From: an uncultured delta proteobacterium
GTDB taxonomy: Bacteria > Desulfobacterota > Binatia > UBA9968
DNA length: 64,000 bases
Direction of reading: 5' to 3'
NCBI GenBank assembly: GCA_963727625.1
Contig: CAVSHR010000009.1
Location: 320,001-384,000, forward strand
The notes under the pieces were generated by a model, which was not told where the DNA came from, ran no database searches, and saw nothing but the letters and a program-made list of their open reading frames with translations. The position numbers and the translations under genes are program-made. This document shows, piece after piece, positions 28,867 to 40,014 of this stretch; position 1 is the stretch's first letter; the number at the start of each line of letters is the position of its first letter.

Positions 28867-29117
28867 TTCTCGGCGTTCCGCAGGTCGTAGGTCATTTGCA
28901 GGTTCATCCGGAATTCCGCCGATGTTTTGAAAAACGTTCCCAGGCGGATCGCCGTGTCCCCTGTGATGCCTCTTTCATCCTTCAGAATCGCCGTGATCCG
29001 GTTGGGCGGTACCCCGATCGCCTTTGCGAGCGTGTTTGCCGTCAGGCACAGCGGTTTCAAAAACTCCTCGTTAAGAATTTCACCCGGCGGAACCGGTCGC
29101 ATTCCATTCTTTTTCAT
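28809..29117 (-). CDS. higA: HigA family antitoxin
   Basis: MRPVPPGEIL..EFL, LAKAIGVPPNRI, ITGDTAIRL, MNLQ..YDL. Confidence 0.88.
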   Translation of the reverse strand: MKKNGMRPVPPGEILNEEFLKPLCLTANTLAKAIGVPPNRITAILKDERGITGDTAIRLGTFFKTSAEFRMNLQMTYDLRNAEKALPARVRKSIEDNRSVLA

Positions 29118-29180
29118 TTTGTTATTCGTTAGTGACAGGCCCATACGCTCACCAAACTATCTTAGCCGGCGGGCCTAAAA

Positions 29181-29513
29181 TCACGCTGAACGTAATCGCC
29201 GTTCTGCCGGCACAAATCGAATCTCGACCCGCTGGTTCAAGGCCGCGGCGATTCGATTGAGCATTGCCAGCGAATGGCCCTCGTAATTGGCGTCTTCGAG
29301 ACGGCAAATGACCGATGCTGTGGTGCCGATCAGTCGTGCGAGTTGACGCTGGCTTAGCCCGTTTGCAATCCTCAGTGCCGTGAGCTTGCGAGCCACTTGG
29401 TCGTTCGCTCGTGCTTGTTCCAAAGCCGTGAGTCGTTGCGGCTTGCCTGCATAATAGCGACGGTGGAGAATTTCAACCGCATCCGCTGTCGCTTTCTTCT
29501 TTGCTCTTGCCAT
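29181..29513 (-). CDS. XRE-family HTH antitoxin
   Basis: GLSQRQLARLIGTTASVICRLEDANYEGHSLAML. Confidence 0.85.
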   Translation of the reverse strand: MARAKKKATADAVEILHRRYYAGKPQRLTALEQARANDQVARKLTALRIANGLSQRQLARLIGTTASVICRLEDANYEGHSLAMLNRIAAALNQRVEIRFVPAERRLRSA

Positions 29514-29518
29514 ATACT

Positions 29519-29883
29519 TCACTCCTTGTACGTGTGTCGATCCGGGTCCCTTTGAAAATTCACCTTTCGTTGGATCGCCAACTCGATATCGCGCTGCGGC
29601 ACTTCACTTTCCTTTACGAGTCCGTGCGCCAGAACGGCAGCAATCTGACCGTGAAAGAAATAAAGCATTCGATAGTTCGTCTTGCCGAGTCGCACCCGTA
29701 TCTCATAAATTCCATCCCGCAAATAGTCGGCCTCTGGACGCCGCAGTTCATGTCCCAAATCGCGTAACCGTTCGATTCGAACTCGACATTTGTCCAGGGC
29801 TTTCGCAGGTAATGAATCCAGCCATTCGGGCACCGGAACCGTATTCGCGTCATCCTGTAAAAGACAACCGTCGTTTTCGGCAT
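29519..29883 (-). pseudogene. RelE/ParE-superfamily (Gp49-like) toxin, frameshifted near codon 10 (~29855)
   Basis: MPKTTVVFY in one frame, DDANTVPVPEWL...LRDGIYEIRV..YRMLYFF..LAHGLVK in another. Confidence 0.75.
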
Positions 29884-30152
29884 AGGTCCTAGCTTTGATG
29901 TTTTTATTATTGCGAACACCGATCAAGAGTGAAATACGGCCGCGGTACCAGATTGCCTAACTCTACTCACTCTCCTGCAGCCCTCGCGTAACGTTGGACG
30001 GCCACGGCAAAATGCCGGGAATGCGACCGGCCGGGCGTCTTGACCATGGCCGCTCTTGTTGCAGTCACAGCGCCTGCTCAGTTATGTTCGTAAGCGTTTC
30101 GGATTCAACGGTGCAGTTGAATTCCTCTTTACATTCTTCAAAGGAGAATCCC

Positions 30153-31445
30153 ATGGCAGATTTATTCCGGTTATCGGCGAGTGAAGCCGCGGCGCGCATT
30201 CGCGAAGGCAAACTCACGTCCGAGGCTCTGGTGCGCTCGTGCCTCGAGCGGATCGATGCGCGGGAGTCGCAAGTAAAAGCGTGGGTTCATCTGGACCGCG
30301 ACTTTGCCCTGACGCAGGCTCGGGAATGCGACAAGAGCGCGAGCCGCGGTCCGCTTCACGGAATTCCCTTCGCCGCCAAGGACATTATGGACACGGCCGA
30401 TCTGCCCACGGAGTACGGATCTCCCATCTACAAAGGCAACCGTCCCATGGCCGACGCCGCGTGTGTGGCGCTGAGCCGCGCGGCCGGCGGGGTGCTGTTG
30501 GGCAAGACGGTGACCACCGAGTTCGCCAGCCGAATTCCACTGGGAAACACGACGAACCCTCACAACCCGGAGCATACGCCCGGCGGTTCATCCAGCGGCT
30601 CGGCCGCCGCTGTCGGTGATTCGATGGTGCCGCTCGCCTTCGGCACCCAGACGGTGGGATCGGTGATTCGTCCGGCGGCGTTTTGCGGCTGCGTCGGCTA
30701 CAAGCCGAGCTACGGCGAAGTGAGCACGCAGGGCGTGAAGCAGAATACCGCGTCCTTCGACACCGTGGGGCTATTCGGCCGCGCCGTCGAGGATCTCGCA
30801 CTGTTTCGAGCCGCGCTTACAGGATTCGCCGCAAAACCTCTGGCCGCCATTCCCGTGAACGAGCTCAAGATCGGCTTTTGCCGCACCATGTTCTGGGACC
30901 GTGCGGAAGCGTACACGAAAACTTTACTCGAAGATGCGGCAGGCGCGCTCGCGGGAGCCGGAGCGAAGGTCGCCGATTTCGATCTCGGAGAGCCGTATAA
31001 AAACTTCGAGGCCATCGGCCGGCGCATCAACGACTACGAGTTCTGCCGCGCGCTTACCTGGGAACGTCATCATCATTGGAACCTTTTGAGCGAGTTCCAG
31101 CGCGACAAACTTGGCGCATGGCTCAATGTCTCCTACGAGCAATACCGAGAGGCCGAAGCCGTGCTGGGTCGGTGCCGCGGACATCTCGCCGACGCCATGA
31201 AAGATATCGACCTACTGCTAACGCCCAGCGCTCTCGGAGAGGCTCCGGCAGGACTGGCCAGTACGGGCGATACCTCGTTCAATATCCTGTCGACGTGGAC
31301 CTATACTCCTTGCGTCACCCTGCCCGTGTTTACCGGACCCTCCGGTCTGCCGGTCGGCATTCAGCTCATCGGCCACCGAAACCAGGATCACCGTCTACTG
31401 GAAGGCGCCCAGGCGGTTTACCGCGTGTTCTCCAAATCAACATGA
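30153..31445 (+). CDS. Amidase signature family protein
   Basis: GPLHGIPFAAKD, GKTVTTEFA, PGGSSSGSAAAV, GTQTVGSVIRPA; GGAG RBS. Confidence 0.92.
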   Translation: MADLFRLSASEAAARIREGKLTSEALVRSCLERIDARESQVKAWVHLDRDFALTQARECDKSASRGPLHGIPFAAKDIMDTADLPTEYGSPIYKGNRPMADAACVALSRAAGGVLLGKTVTTEFASRIPLGNTTNPHNPEHTPGGSSSGSAAAVGDSMVPLAFGTQTVGSVIRPAAFCGCVGYKPSYGEVSTQGVKQNTASFDTVGLFGRAVEDLALFRAALTGFAAKPLAAIPVNELKIGFCRTMFWDRAEAYTKTLLEDAAGALAGAGAKVADFDLGEPYKNFEAIGRRINDYEFCRALTWERHHHWNLLSEFQRDKLGAWLNVSYEQYREAEAVLGRCRGHLADAMKDIDLLLTPSALGEAPAGLASTGDTSFNILSTWTYTPCVTLPVFTGPSGLPVGIQLIGHRNQDHRLLEGAQAVYRVFSKST

Positions 31446-31587
31446 CCTCCGCGCCGGTGCTGTCTGAAAACTTAGGGATAAGAACTGTTTGACTCGATAA
31501 GGGATACGCTGCCACACGGCGACGGACATGCGGCGGTTCAAAGCTCAAGGTTATTCAAAAAAGCAGGCTTGAGGCTCAAGTCGTTAA

Positions 31588-31756
31588 TTTTGATGTTCGT
31601 CAAAAGCGTTGCGGCTAACTCGCTTTTTTATCTCGCCGGCCATCATTTCCCGACTAGCGATTGGCGCGATTAAACCTTGCCGTCGTCGGGCTTGTGTATC
31701 ATTCCAGCACGCTCCGGTTGTCTTCGATACTCTTTCTCACCCTCGCCGGCAGCGCC
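31588..31756. repeat. Direct repeat copy 2, containing a higA 3' remnant (ALPARVRKSIEDNRSVLE*)
   Basis: Near-identical to 28690-28866 over the higA tail. Confidence 0.85.
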
Positions 31757-31766
31757 CTCCGCCGCC

Positions 31767-32660
<894 letters not shown>

Positions 32661-32661
32661 T

Positions 32662-32678
32662 TATGAATGGAGCTCATA
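32662..32678. promoter_or_regulatory. LysR-type binding site (T-N11-A palindrome)
   Basis: TATGA-ATGGAGC-TCATA next to the lysR start in the divergent intergenic region. Confidence 0.6.
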
Positions 32679-32783
32679 GGTCCATGCGAAATCTACCCTC
32701 TAATCACACGCCTCCGCAACTGTTACATTTCCTTCATCAGACAAATGAACTTGGATTGAATGCGCCAAGAAAGGAATCAGAAA

Positions 32784-33194
32784 ATGGATATTAAAAGAAG
32801 CGGCTCACAGCCTTCCGGCAAAGGACCGGCAGAGTATTTTACCGGCACTGTGCGTATCGATCCGCTGTTCGAGGCGCCCGGTCCGGCACGCGCGCGCGGC
32901 ACGAGGGTCACATTCGAGCCCGGCGCCCGCTCTGCATGGCAAACCCATCCGCTGGGTCAGACCCTGATCGTCACTTCGGGGTCTGGCTGGGTGCAAAGCG
33001 AAGGTGGTCCAAAAGTGGAAATACGACCGGGCGACGTGGTCTCGTGCCCGCCGAATGAGAAGCATTGGCATGGCGCCACGCCGACTACGGCCATGACCCA
33101 CATCGCCATTCAAGAGCAGCTCGACGGCAAAGTCGTCGAGTGGATGGAGAAGGTCAGCGACGAGGAATACCAGGCCTCCAGTTCCACTCTTTGA
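32784..33194 (+). CDS. Cupin domain protein
   Basis: [30 protein letters not shown]; the usual first His appears replaced by Q. Confidence 0.88.
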   Translation: MDIKRSGSQPSGKGPAEYFTGTVRIDPLFEAPGPARARGTRVTFEPGARSAWQTHPLGQTLIVTSGSGWVQSEGGPKVEIRPGDVVSCPPNEKHWHGATPTTAMTHIAIQEQLDGKVVEWMEKVSDEEYQASSSTL

Positions 33195-34203
<1,009 letters not shown>

Positions 34204-34276
34204 TCGGCGCAATGCCATGACAAGGCGCCCGAATCCTGTGACCCCAACAACCTTCACCGGAAAGAGGTAAATCATT

Positions 34277-35311
34277 ATGCGCGCAACTATCATGTTCGGC
34301 GCCGGCGACGTTCGTATCGAGAACGTTCCCGACGCCCGTATTATCGAGCCCACCGATGCGCTCGTCGCCGTCAGCCGCGCCTGCATCTGCGGCAGCGATC
34401 TCTGGCCGTACAAAACAATGGAACACAGCGATACCGGACGGCGCATGGGACACGAGGCCATCGGTGTCGTCGAAGCCGCCGGTGCCGACCTGCGCACCAT
34501 CAAAGCCGGCGACGTCGTCGTCATGCCGTTCGCGTACTCCGACGGCACCTGTGCTTTCTGCCGTGAAGGGCTGCACACGTCGTGCGTCCACGGCGGGTTC
34601 TTCGGCATCGACGGCATGGACGGAGCACAGGCCGAAGCGCTGCGCGTCCCCCATGCGGACGGAACACTCTTCGTCCTGCCCGTCGGCAAAGACGCCGCGC
34701 TGATGCCTTCCCTCCTCACACTCTCAGACGTGATGGGCACCGGCCATCATGCCGCGGTCGCCGCCAAGGTCGGCGCTGGGAAATCAGTCGCCGTCGTCGG
34801 AGACGGCGCCGTTGGTTTGTGCGGCGTCATCGCCGCGCGGCGCCTCGGCGCCGAGCAGATCATCATCCTCGGCCGCCATGCCGACCGGATCGCGCTCGCC
34901 CGAGAGTTCGGCGCAACCGACGTTGTGAGCGAGCGGGGTGACGCGGCGGTTGAGCGCGTACGCGAGCTCACCGGCGGCTTGGGCGTTCACTCCGTCCTCG
35001 AGTGCGTCGGCCTCCAAGAGTCGATGCGCACCGCGATCGGTATCGCGCGTCCGGGCGGCGCAGTCGGCCGCGTCGGCGTTCCCCAGGACGAGACCATGCC
35101 GGCGTCGCAGCCGGCGTTCTACAACAACGTGACCGTGAGCGGCGGACCCGCCCCGGTCCGCGCCTACATCGAGGAGCTTCTGCCGGACATCATCGAGGGC
35201 AGGATCGAGCCCGGCCGGGTCTTCGACCGGGTCGTGCCCCTCGACGAGGTGCCTGACGGCTACCGCGCGATGGATGAACGCGAGGCGATCAAGGTCATGG
35301 TCAAGCCCTGA
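34277..35311 (+). CDS. Zinc-dependent alcohol dehydrogenase family protein
   Basis: CGSDL, GHE, GDGAVG. Confidence 0.92.
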   Translation: MRATIMFGAGDVRIENVPDARIIEPTDALVAVSRACICGSDLWPYKTMEHSDTGRRMGHEAIGVVEAAGADLRTIKAGDVVVMPFAYSDGTCAFCREGLHTSCVHGGFFGIDGMDGAQAEALRVPHADGTLFVLPVGKDAALMPSLLTLSDVMGTGHHAAVAAKVGAGKSVAVVGDGAVGLCGVIAARRLGAEQIIILGRHADRIALAREFGATDVVSERGDAAVERVRELTGGLGVHSVLECVGLQESMRTAIGIARPGGAVGRVGVPQDETMPASQPAFYNNVTVSGGPAPVRAYIEELLPDIIEGRIEPGRVFDRVVPLDEVPDGYRAMDEREAIKVMVKP

Positions 35312-35350
35312 GGCGGCCAACCACACGGCAGCACAGAAGGAGGAACGCAG

Positions 35351-35755
35351 ATGACCGCATGGACAAGCGACGATCTCGATAAGATCGGAACAGCGGAAGA
35401 ACTAAAGATCGCATCACTGCGACGCGACGGCAGGCTGCGCAACCCGGTGACGATCTGGGTCGTCCGCCGCGGCGACGACCTCTACGTCCGTTCTGCCTAC
35501 GGGCGTACCTCCGGCTGGTTCCGCGGCACCCAGGAGCGCCACGAAGGTCACATCCGTGCCGGCGACATCGACAAGGACGTTCGCTTCGTCGAAGCCGACG
35601 AGGAAGTCAATGACGAGATCGACGCCGCCAACCGCACCAAGTACCGCCGCTACTCCGCCCGATACGTCGACCCCATCGTAGCCTCTGAGGCGCGCTCCGC
35701 GACGATCAAGCTCGTGCCGCGCTCAACCAGTCGCGCGACAGGCAACGCGAGGTGA
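35351..35755 (+). CDS. DUF2255-like protein
   Basis: EELKIASLRRDG, VTIWVV, LYVRSAYG, WFRG; GGAGG RBS. Confidence 0.75.
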   Translation: MTAWTSDDLDKIGTAEELKIASLRRDGRLRNPVTIWVVRRGDDLYVRSAYGRTSGWFRGTQERHEGHIRAGDIDKDVRFVEADEEVNDEIDAANRTKYRRYSARYVDPIVASEARSATIKLVPRSTSRATGNAR

Positions 35756-36507
35756 GATCTAGGAATCGGGAGTATTTTCCCGGCGGCATCTTTCGTGATG
35801 AACCAGGTGAGTTGTCCGTTCGATGGCTGGACTCGGCCCGCTGGATAATCAAACGACTTCGAATCCGCGCCGAATAAATGTCCCGCAATCGCCGACTTGC
35901 TAGCGCCGGCGACCAGAAAACTCACCTGCGCGGCATTGTTGATGACCGGAAGGGTCAGCGTCAAGCGGTGGGTCTTGAACTTTTCGACGTAGGGCGCTGC
36001 AACCAGATGGTCCAGCTCGTTCAACGCCGTCGTGCCGGGAAACAGCGACGCGGTATGACCGTCCTCGCCGAAGCCGAGCAGGATTAAATCGAAGCGCGGC
36101 AGTTGATCTGGGGCCAATTTGAAGAAATCGCGCAGCTCGCCTTCATAATCCGCGGCCGCCTCGTTTGGTTCTTTCTCGCCGGCCATACGGTGGATATTTT
36201 GCCCAGGAATCTGAATCTTACTCAGCAGGGCTTCCTTGACCATGCGAAAATTACTTTCGGCATGATCCGCTGGAACGCAGCGTTCATCGCCCCAGAAAAG
36301 ATGGACGCAAGCCCAATCAATACGCTCACGGTAGTCGGGCGACGCCAACAACGAATAGAGTGCTTTCGGCGTCGAGCCGCCGGAGAGCGCGACTGCGAAG
36401 CGTCCCGAACGCGCTATCGATTCGTTCGCCGATGCGATGAATTGCGCCGCGGCCTTGCGGTTCAATTCGTCGACGTCCCGGCAGATGATGAGTTCAGGTT
36501 TAGTCAC
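35650..36507 (-). CDS. pgl: 6-phosphogluconolactonase (3' end overlaps the convergent gene)
   Basis: ALSGGSTP, WGDERCVP, DGHTASLFP. Confidence 0.92.
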   Translation of the reverse strand: MTKPELIICRDVDELNRKAAAQFIASANESIARSGRFAVALSGGSTPKALYSLLASPDYRERIDWACVHLFWGDERCVPADHAESNFRMVKEALLSKIQIPGQNIHRMAGEKEPNEAAADYEGELRDFFKLAPDQLPRFDLILLGFGEDGHTASLFPGTTALNELDHLVAAPYVEKFKTHRLTLTLPVINNAAQVSFLVAGASKSAIAGHLFGADSKSFDYPAGRVQPSNGQLTWFITKDAAGKILPIPRSHLALPVARLVERGTSLIVAERASEATMGSTYRAE

Positions 36508-37501
36508 CGGAAATAAATGCCGCGTAATAGGCGGCGCCGCGCAGCGCCGCTCGCTCGTTCAAGACGACTTGAACCGGCATCGCCGCCAGTAAATCGGTGT
36601 AGCGCCCCTTGTCGAGGAAGGCGCGCATGAACGTGCCGTCCTTGAGCTTGTCGAGGATCTTCGGCGCGATGCCGCCGCCGATGTAGAGCCCGCGCACTGA
36701 TTTCGCGCGCAGCGCGAGATTGCCAGCTTCGGCGCCGTAAACCGAGACGAAAAGATTCAGCGCTTCGACGCAGATCGCCGCCTCTCCGGCGAGCGCTGCC
36801 TTGGAAATCTCCGCGCTCGGATCTTCCGCCGCGGCCAGCCGCGCGCTCAGCCACTCCGGCTCCTCGAGGCGGCGAACCTCTTTTAAAAATTGATAAATAT
36901 TGAACAGCCCGGGTCCGGATGCCACCCGTTCGTAGCTCACATGGCCGAAGCGGCCGATCAAGTAGCGCAGGAGCTCGATTTCCAACTCATTGCGCGGCGC
37001 GAAGTCGCCGTGGCCGCCCTCGGAAGCCGACGGCTGGAATCGCCGACCGTCGTCGAACAGGATCGCTTGTCCCAAGCCGGTGCCCGCGGCGATCAAAGCT
37101 TTGTTCCCGGCGTGGCGCATGGTGCCTTCGTTGAGCGTGAAGAACTCATCGTTCTCGAGCGTGAACAGACCGTAGGCGGTGGCTTCCAGATCGTTGAGCA
37201 AGCTCACGCCGTCGAGCTTCAGAACCCGGCGCAAGTCTTCGATATCGACCATCCAGGGAAGATTCGGAGTCTTAACCTTGCCGTCGACCACCGCGCCGGC
37301 GATGCCGAAACAGGCGGCCTCGATAGCCGGATGGGACTCGGCAAGAAAATCTTCCAACACCGGGACCAAACCGGAATAGCGCTTGCTGGAAAAAGTTTTC
37401 AGCCCCTCCGAATGGAGCGCCTCGCCATGCACCGAGAACAGCGCCAAATTGGTCTTGGTGCCGCCGATGTCGCCAGCGAGGACGAGTTTTTTGCCAGCCA
37501 T
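36500..37501 (-). CDS. glk: Glucokinase
   Basis: GDIGGTKT, NDLEA, GTGLG, SEGGH, GGGIAPK. Confidence 0.94.
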   Translation of the reverse strand: MAGKKLVLAGDIGGTKTNLALFSVHGEALHSEGLKTFSSKRYSGLVPVLEDFLAESHPAIEAACFGIAGAVVDGKVKTPNLPWMVDIEDLRRVLKLDGVSLLNDLEATAYGLFTLENDEFFTLNEGTMRHAGNKALIAAGTGLGQAILFDDGRRFQPSASEGGHGDFAPRNELEIELLRYLIGRFGHVSYERVASGPGLFNIYQFLKEVRRLEEPEWLSARLAAAEDPSAEISKAALAGEAAICVEALNLFVSVYGAEAGNLALRAKSVRGLYIGGGIAPKILDKLKDGTFMRAFLDKGRYTDLLAAMPVQVVLNERAALRGAAYYAAFISGD

Positions 37502-37545
37502 AGTCTAATTTTACCACTCCCCGGAGAGTTCGATTTTTCTTATTC

Positions 37546-39090
37546 TCACGGCTTGCGCCAACGGCGCCCGTCTTTCTGCATGAATTCGTCGGCCTCTCTC
37601 GGTCCCCAGGAGCCACCCTCGTAATTGGGAAAATTTTTCGGCTTGCTCAGACTCCAGACCTGGACGATCGGATCCATCAGCGCCCAAGCCAGTTCGACCC
37701 AGTCGTGGCGTGTGAACAGCGTCGAATTGCCTTCTATGCAATCTTCCAAAAGCGTTTCGTAGGAGTCCGGCGGGCTGTTGCCGAAGGACTCCTCATAGTT
37801 GAAATTCAAACTCAGCGGGCTCATGCAGATATCCGGTCCGGGCGGCTTGACCTCGAAGGTGAGCGAGATGCCTTCGTCTGGCTGAATACGAATGACCAAT
37901 ACGTTGGGGGTCACGTCATCGACCGCGCAAGCCTTGAACAGCAACATGGGCGGACGCTTGAATTGGATGGCGATTTCCGTGACCCGCTTGGCCATGCGCT
38001 TGCCCGAGCGCAGGTAAAACGGCACTCCTTCCCAGCGCCAGCTGTCGATCCACAGCTTCATCCCCGCGTAGGTAACAGTATTCGATTGTTTCGCCACCCC
38101 GGATTCCGCGCGATAGCCCGGCACCGATTTGTTGCCTATTTTTCCGACGCCGTATTGGCCGCGCACCGCCGCCGTTGAAACCTCCTCGGGCGCGATCGGC
38201 CGCACCGCGCGCAGCAGCTTGCCCTTTTCATCGCGCACTTCTTCGGCGTTGAAGCTCACCGCCGGTTCCATCGCCGTCAGGCAAAGCAACTGCAGCAGAT
38301 GGTTCTGAAACATATCGCGTACGACGCCGGCCTCTTCGTAATAACCGCCGCGATTTTCCACGCCGACGCTTTCCGCCGCGGTGATCTGCACATGGTCGAC
38401 GTAGCGGCGGTTCCAGATCGGCTCGAAAACCGCGTTGGCGAAGCGGAACACCATGATATTTTGCACGGTCTCTTTGCCGAGATAGTGATCGATGCGATAG
38501 ATCTGCTTTTCATCGAGCACGTCATGCACGCGGCGGTTGAGCTCCCGCGCGGTTTCCAGATCGGTGCCGAAGGGTTTTTCGATCACCACCCGGGCGCGCG
38601 ATTCGTCGTCGCCTTCCTTGACCGCCAACCCCGCCGCGGAGATTCTCTCGACCACCGAGCCGTAAAGATCCGGCGGTGTCGCCAGATAAAAAACTCGCGC
38701 CGGCAGAACCCGCCCGCCGCGATCGAAGCCCTCGACGAATTCCTTGAGGTTTTGATAACCTTGCGGATCTTCGTAGCCGCCGCGGACGTAATACAGCGTG
38801 GCCGCGAACTGCTGCCAAATACTGTCGTCACTTAACCCGGTGCGGGAAAACTCTTTGACCGCGTCGCGCATCTTGTCGCGAAACGCCTCATGGGTCATCT
38901 CGCTGCGCGCGTAGCCGACTACGGTAAAACGCTCGGGTAAACGTTTTTCCAGAGCCAGGTTGTAGAGCGCCGGCATCAGTTTGCGCTTGGTGAGATCGCC
39001 GGAAGCGCCGAAAATCACCAGCACACAGGAGTGCGGTTTTTTCGCTGCGTTGAGCCCTTCGAGAACGTAATCATGCGGATCGCTCGCCAT
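37546..39090 (-). CDS. zwf: Glucose-6-phosphate 1-dehydrogenase
   Basis: GASGDL, EKPFG, RIDHYLGKE, RDMFQNH. Confidence 0.96.
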   Translation of the reverse strand: MASDPHDYVLEGLNAAKKPHSCVLVIFGASGDLTKRKLMPALYNLALEKRLPERFTVVGYARSEMTHEAFRDKMRDAVKEFSRTGLSDDSIWQQFAATLYYVRGGYEDPQGYQNLKEFVEGFDRGGRVLPARVFYLATPPDLYGSVVERISAAGLAVKEGDDESRARVVIEKPFGTDLETARELNRRVHDVLDEKQIYRIDHYLGKETVQNIMVFRFANAVFEPIWNRRYVDHVQITAAESVGVENRGGYYEEAGVVRDMFQNHLLQLLCLTAMEPAVSFNAEEVRDEKGKLLRAVRPIAPEEVSTAAVRGQYGVGKIGNKSVPGYRAESGVAKQSNTVTYAGMKLWIDSWRWEGVPFYLRSGKRMAKRVTEIAIQFKRPPMLLFKACAVDDVTPNVLVIRIQPDEGISLTFEVKPPGPDICMSPLSLNFNYEESFGNSPPDSYETLLEDCIEGNSTLFTRHDWVELAWALMDPIVQVWSLSKPKNFPNYEGGSWGPREADEFMQKDGRRWRKP

Positions 39091-39092
39091 CG

Positions 39093-39989
39093 TTAGCCTT
39101 TCTTCACGGCGTGGCCGCCGAATTCATTGCGCAGCGCGGCGATCACTTTGGCCGAGAACGAATCCTCCTGGCGCGAGGCAAAGCGCGCGAACAACGAAAG
39201 CATCAGCACCGGCGCCGGCACGCTCCGCTCAATCGCTTCCTGCACGGTCCAGCGCCCTTCGCCGGAATCGTCCACGTAGCCTTTGATCGCTGCCAGCTGC
39301 GGATCTTTTTGAAAGGCACTTTCGGCCAATTCCAACAACCAGGAGCGCACCACGCTGCCCTGGTTCCAGAGGTGGGAGATCTTGGCGAGATCGAGCTCGT
39401 ACTGCGAGGCCTTGAGCAATTCGAATCCTTCGCCGTAGGCTTGCAGCATGCCGTACTCGATGCCGTTGTGAATCATTTTGACGTAATGGCCGGCGCCATT
39501 GGGACCGACGTGGAGATAACCGTCCGGCGGCGCCAGGGTTTTGAAGATCGGCTCGAGCCGTTCGACGATTTCCTTTTCGCCGCCGATCATCAGGCAGTAG
39601 CCGACCTGCAGTCCCCAAACCCCGCCGCTCGTGCCGGCATCGACGAAATGCATGCCCTGCGCCGTCAATTTCTCGGCGCGGCGAATGGAGTCTTTGTAGT
39701 TCGAATTGCCGCCGTCGATGAGCACATCGCCCTTGGTAAGATTGGGCAGCAGTTGGTCGATGGTCTGGTCCACCGGATCGCCCGACGGCACCATCAGCCA
39801 AATGGCCCGCGGCGCCGTCAATTGTTTGACGAAATCGGCCAGCGAGTGGGCACCCAGCGCGCCTTTGTCGACAACTCTCTGAATCGCCTCGGCGCTCCGA
39901 TCGTAGCTTACGATGCGATGACCGCCGAGCACCAACCGTTCGGTCATGTTGGCACCCATGCGGCCAAGCCCGATCATCCCCAGTTCCAT
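39093..39989 (-). CDS. gnd: Decarboxylating 6-phosphogluconate dehydrogenase (short type)
   Basis: GLGRMG, DGGNS, KMIHNGIEYG, DSGEGRW, RNEFGGH. Confidence 0.95.
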   Translation of the reverse strand: MELGMIGLGRMGANMTERLVLGGHRIVSYDRSAEAIQRVVDKGALGAHSLADFVKQLTAPRAIWLMVPSGDPVDQTIDQLLPNLTKGDVLIDGGNSNYKDSIRRAEKLTAQGMHFVDAGTSGGVWGLQVGYCLMIGGEKEIVERLEPIFKTLAPPDGYLHVGPNGAGHYVKMIHNGIEYGMLQAYGEGFELLKASQYELDLAKISHLWNQGSVVRSWLLELAESAFQKDPQLAAIKGYVDDSGEGRWTVQEAIERSVPAPVLMLSLFARFASRQEDSFSAKVIAALRNEFGGHAVKKG

Positions 39990-40014
39990 GTTCGTTTCCC
40001 CTTTCGTGGAGACT

